In this document: positions 63,707-64,000 of the stretch, in pieces
How the letters are laid out: each line of letters starts with the position of its first letter
Position numbering within the stretch: position 1 is the stretch's first letter
Assembly: GCF_006345805.1 (NCBI RefSeq)
Contig: NC_043009.1
Coordinates: 67,518,001-67,582,000, forward strand
Length of the DNA stretch: 64,000 nt
From: Octopus sinensis
Lineage: Eukaryota
Reading direction: 5' to 3'
Program-made: the position numbers and the translations under genes
Notes under the pieces: generated by a model
The model's input: only the letters and a program-made list of their open reading frames with translations
Database searches by the model: none
Told to the model about the DNA's origin: nothing

Positions 63707-63918
63707 AGTGATAGTATCTACGCATGACATCTCAAAAAACGAATGTACTGCAGAATAATGTCATATTTTCTCCCTTATTATGAGGTGATTACGTAACATT
63801 GTATGAATGGCATAACACTGTACGAGATATGAAATGAAAATATTGTCCGGTTACCGAAACAGCTGCAATGTCAAGCTGACTTCCCTCATTTAAATTGTAC
63901 ATACATACATATATATAT

Positions 63919-64000
<82 letters not shown>

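Overview
Eukaryotic, very AT-rich, repeat-saturated intronic/intergenic DNA. It is most likely a coleoid cephalopod (Octopus-like); this is inferred from the tRNA-derived SINE families and extreme microsatellite load, not from a database search. There is no intact protein-coding gene, and almost all ORFs in the track are microsatellite artefacts. The window holds the 3' half of a young Tx1/L1-clade LINE (1-1820), an RTE 3' end and several Tc1/mariner relics. It also holds hAT-, pogo- and mariner-type MITEs, two DINE-1-like Helentron non-autonomous elements, two fossil Penelope-like (PLE) GIY-YIG elements, about 25 SINE copies from about 6 families, a 19-bp minisatellite, a 100-N gap and three candidate short exons. 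The most notable signal is a small non-autonomous family with four insertions (~23.0, 43.5, 50.8, 55.2 kb). Its unit joins a Pol III tRNA-like head, an (AAT)n spacer and a minimal type I hammerhead ribozyme (GACAC-CTGATGA-A-GGCTGG..TCAGCC-GAAA-CG-TT-GTGTT). Every insertion carries an inverted partial copy that stops in the same short repeat, which is Penelope-like architecture. This suggests a ribozyme-armed, PLE-mobilised SINE. Other highlights are a back-to-back pair of hammerhead-like cores at 14.3 kb, a locally templated insertion with a 38-bp flanking duplication at 58.8-59.1 kb, and a ~120-bp near-perfect hairpin at 63.3-63.6 kb. Coordinates were read by eye and repeat boundaries are approximate.
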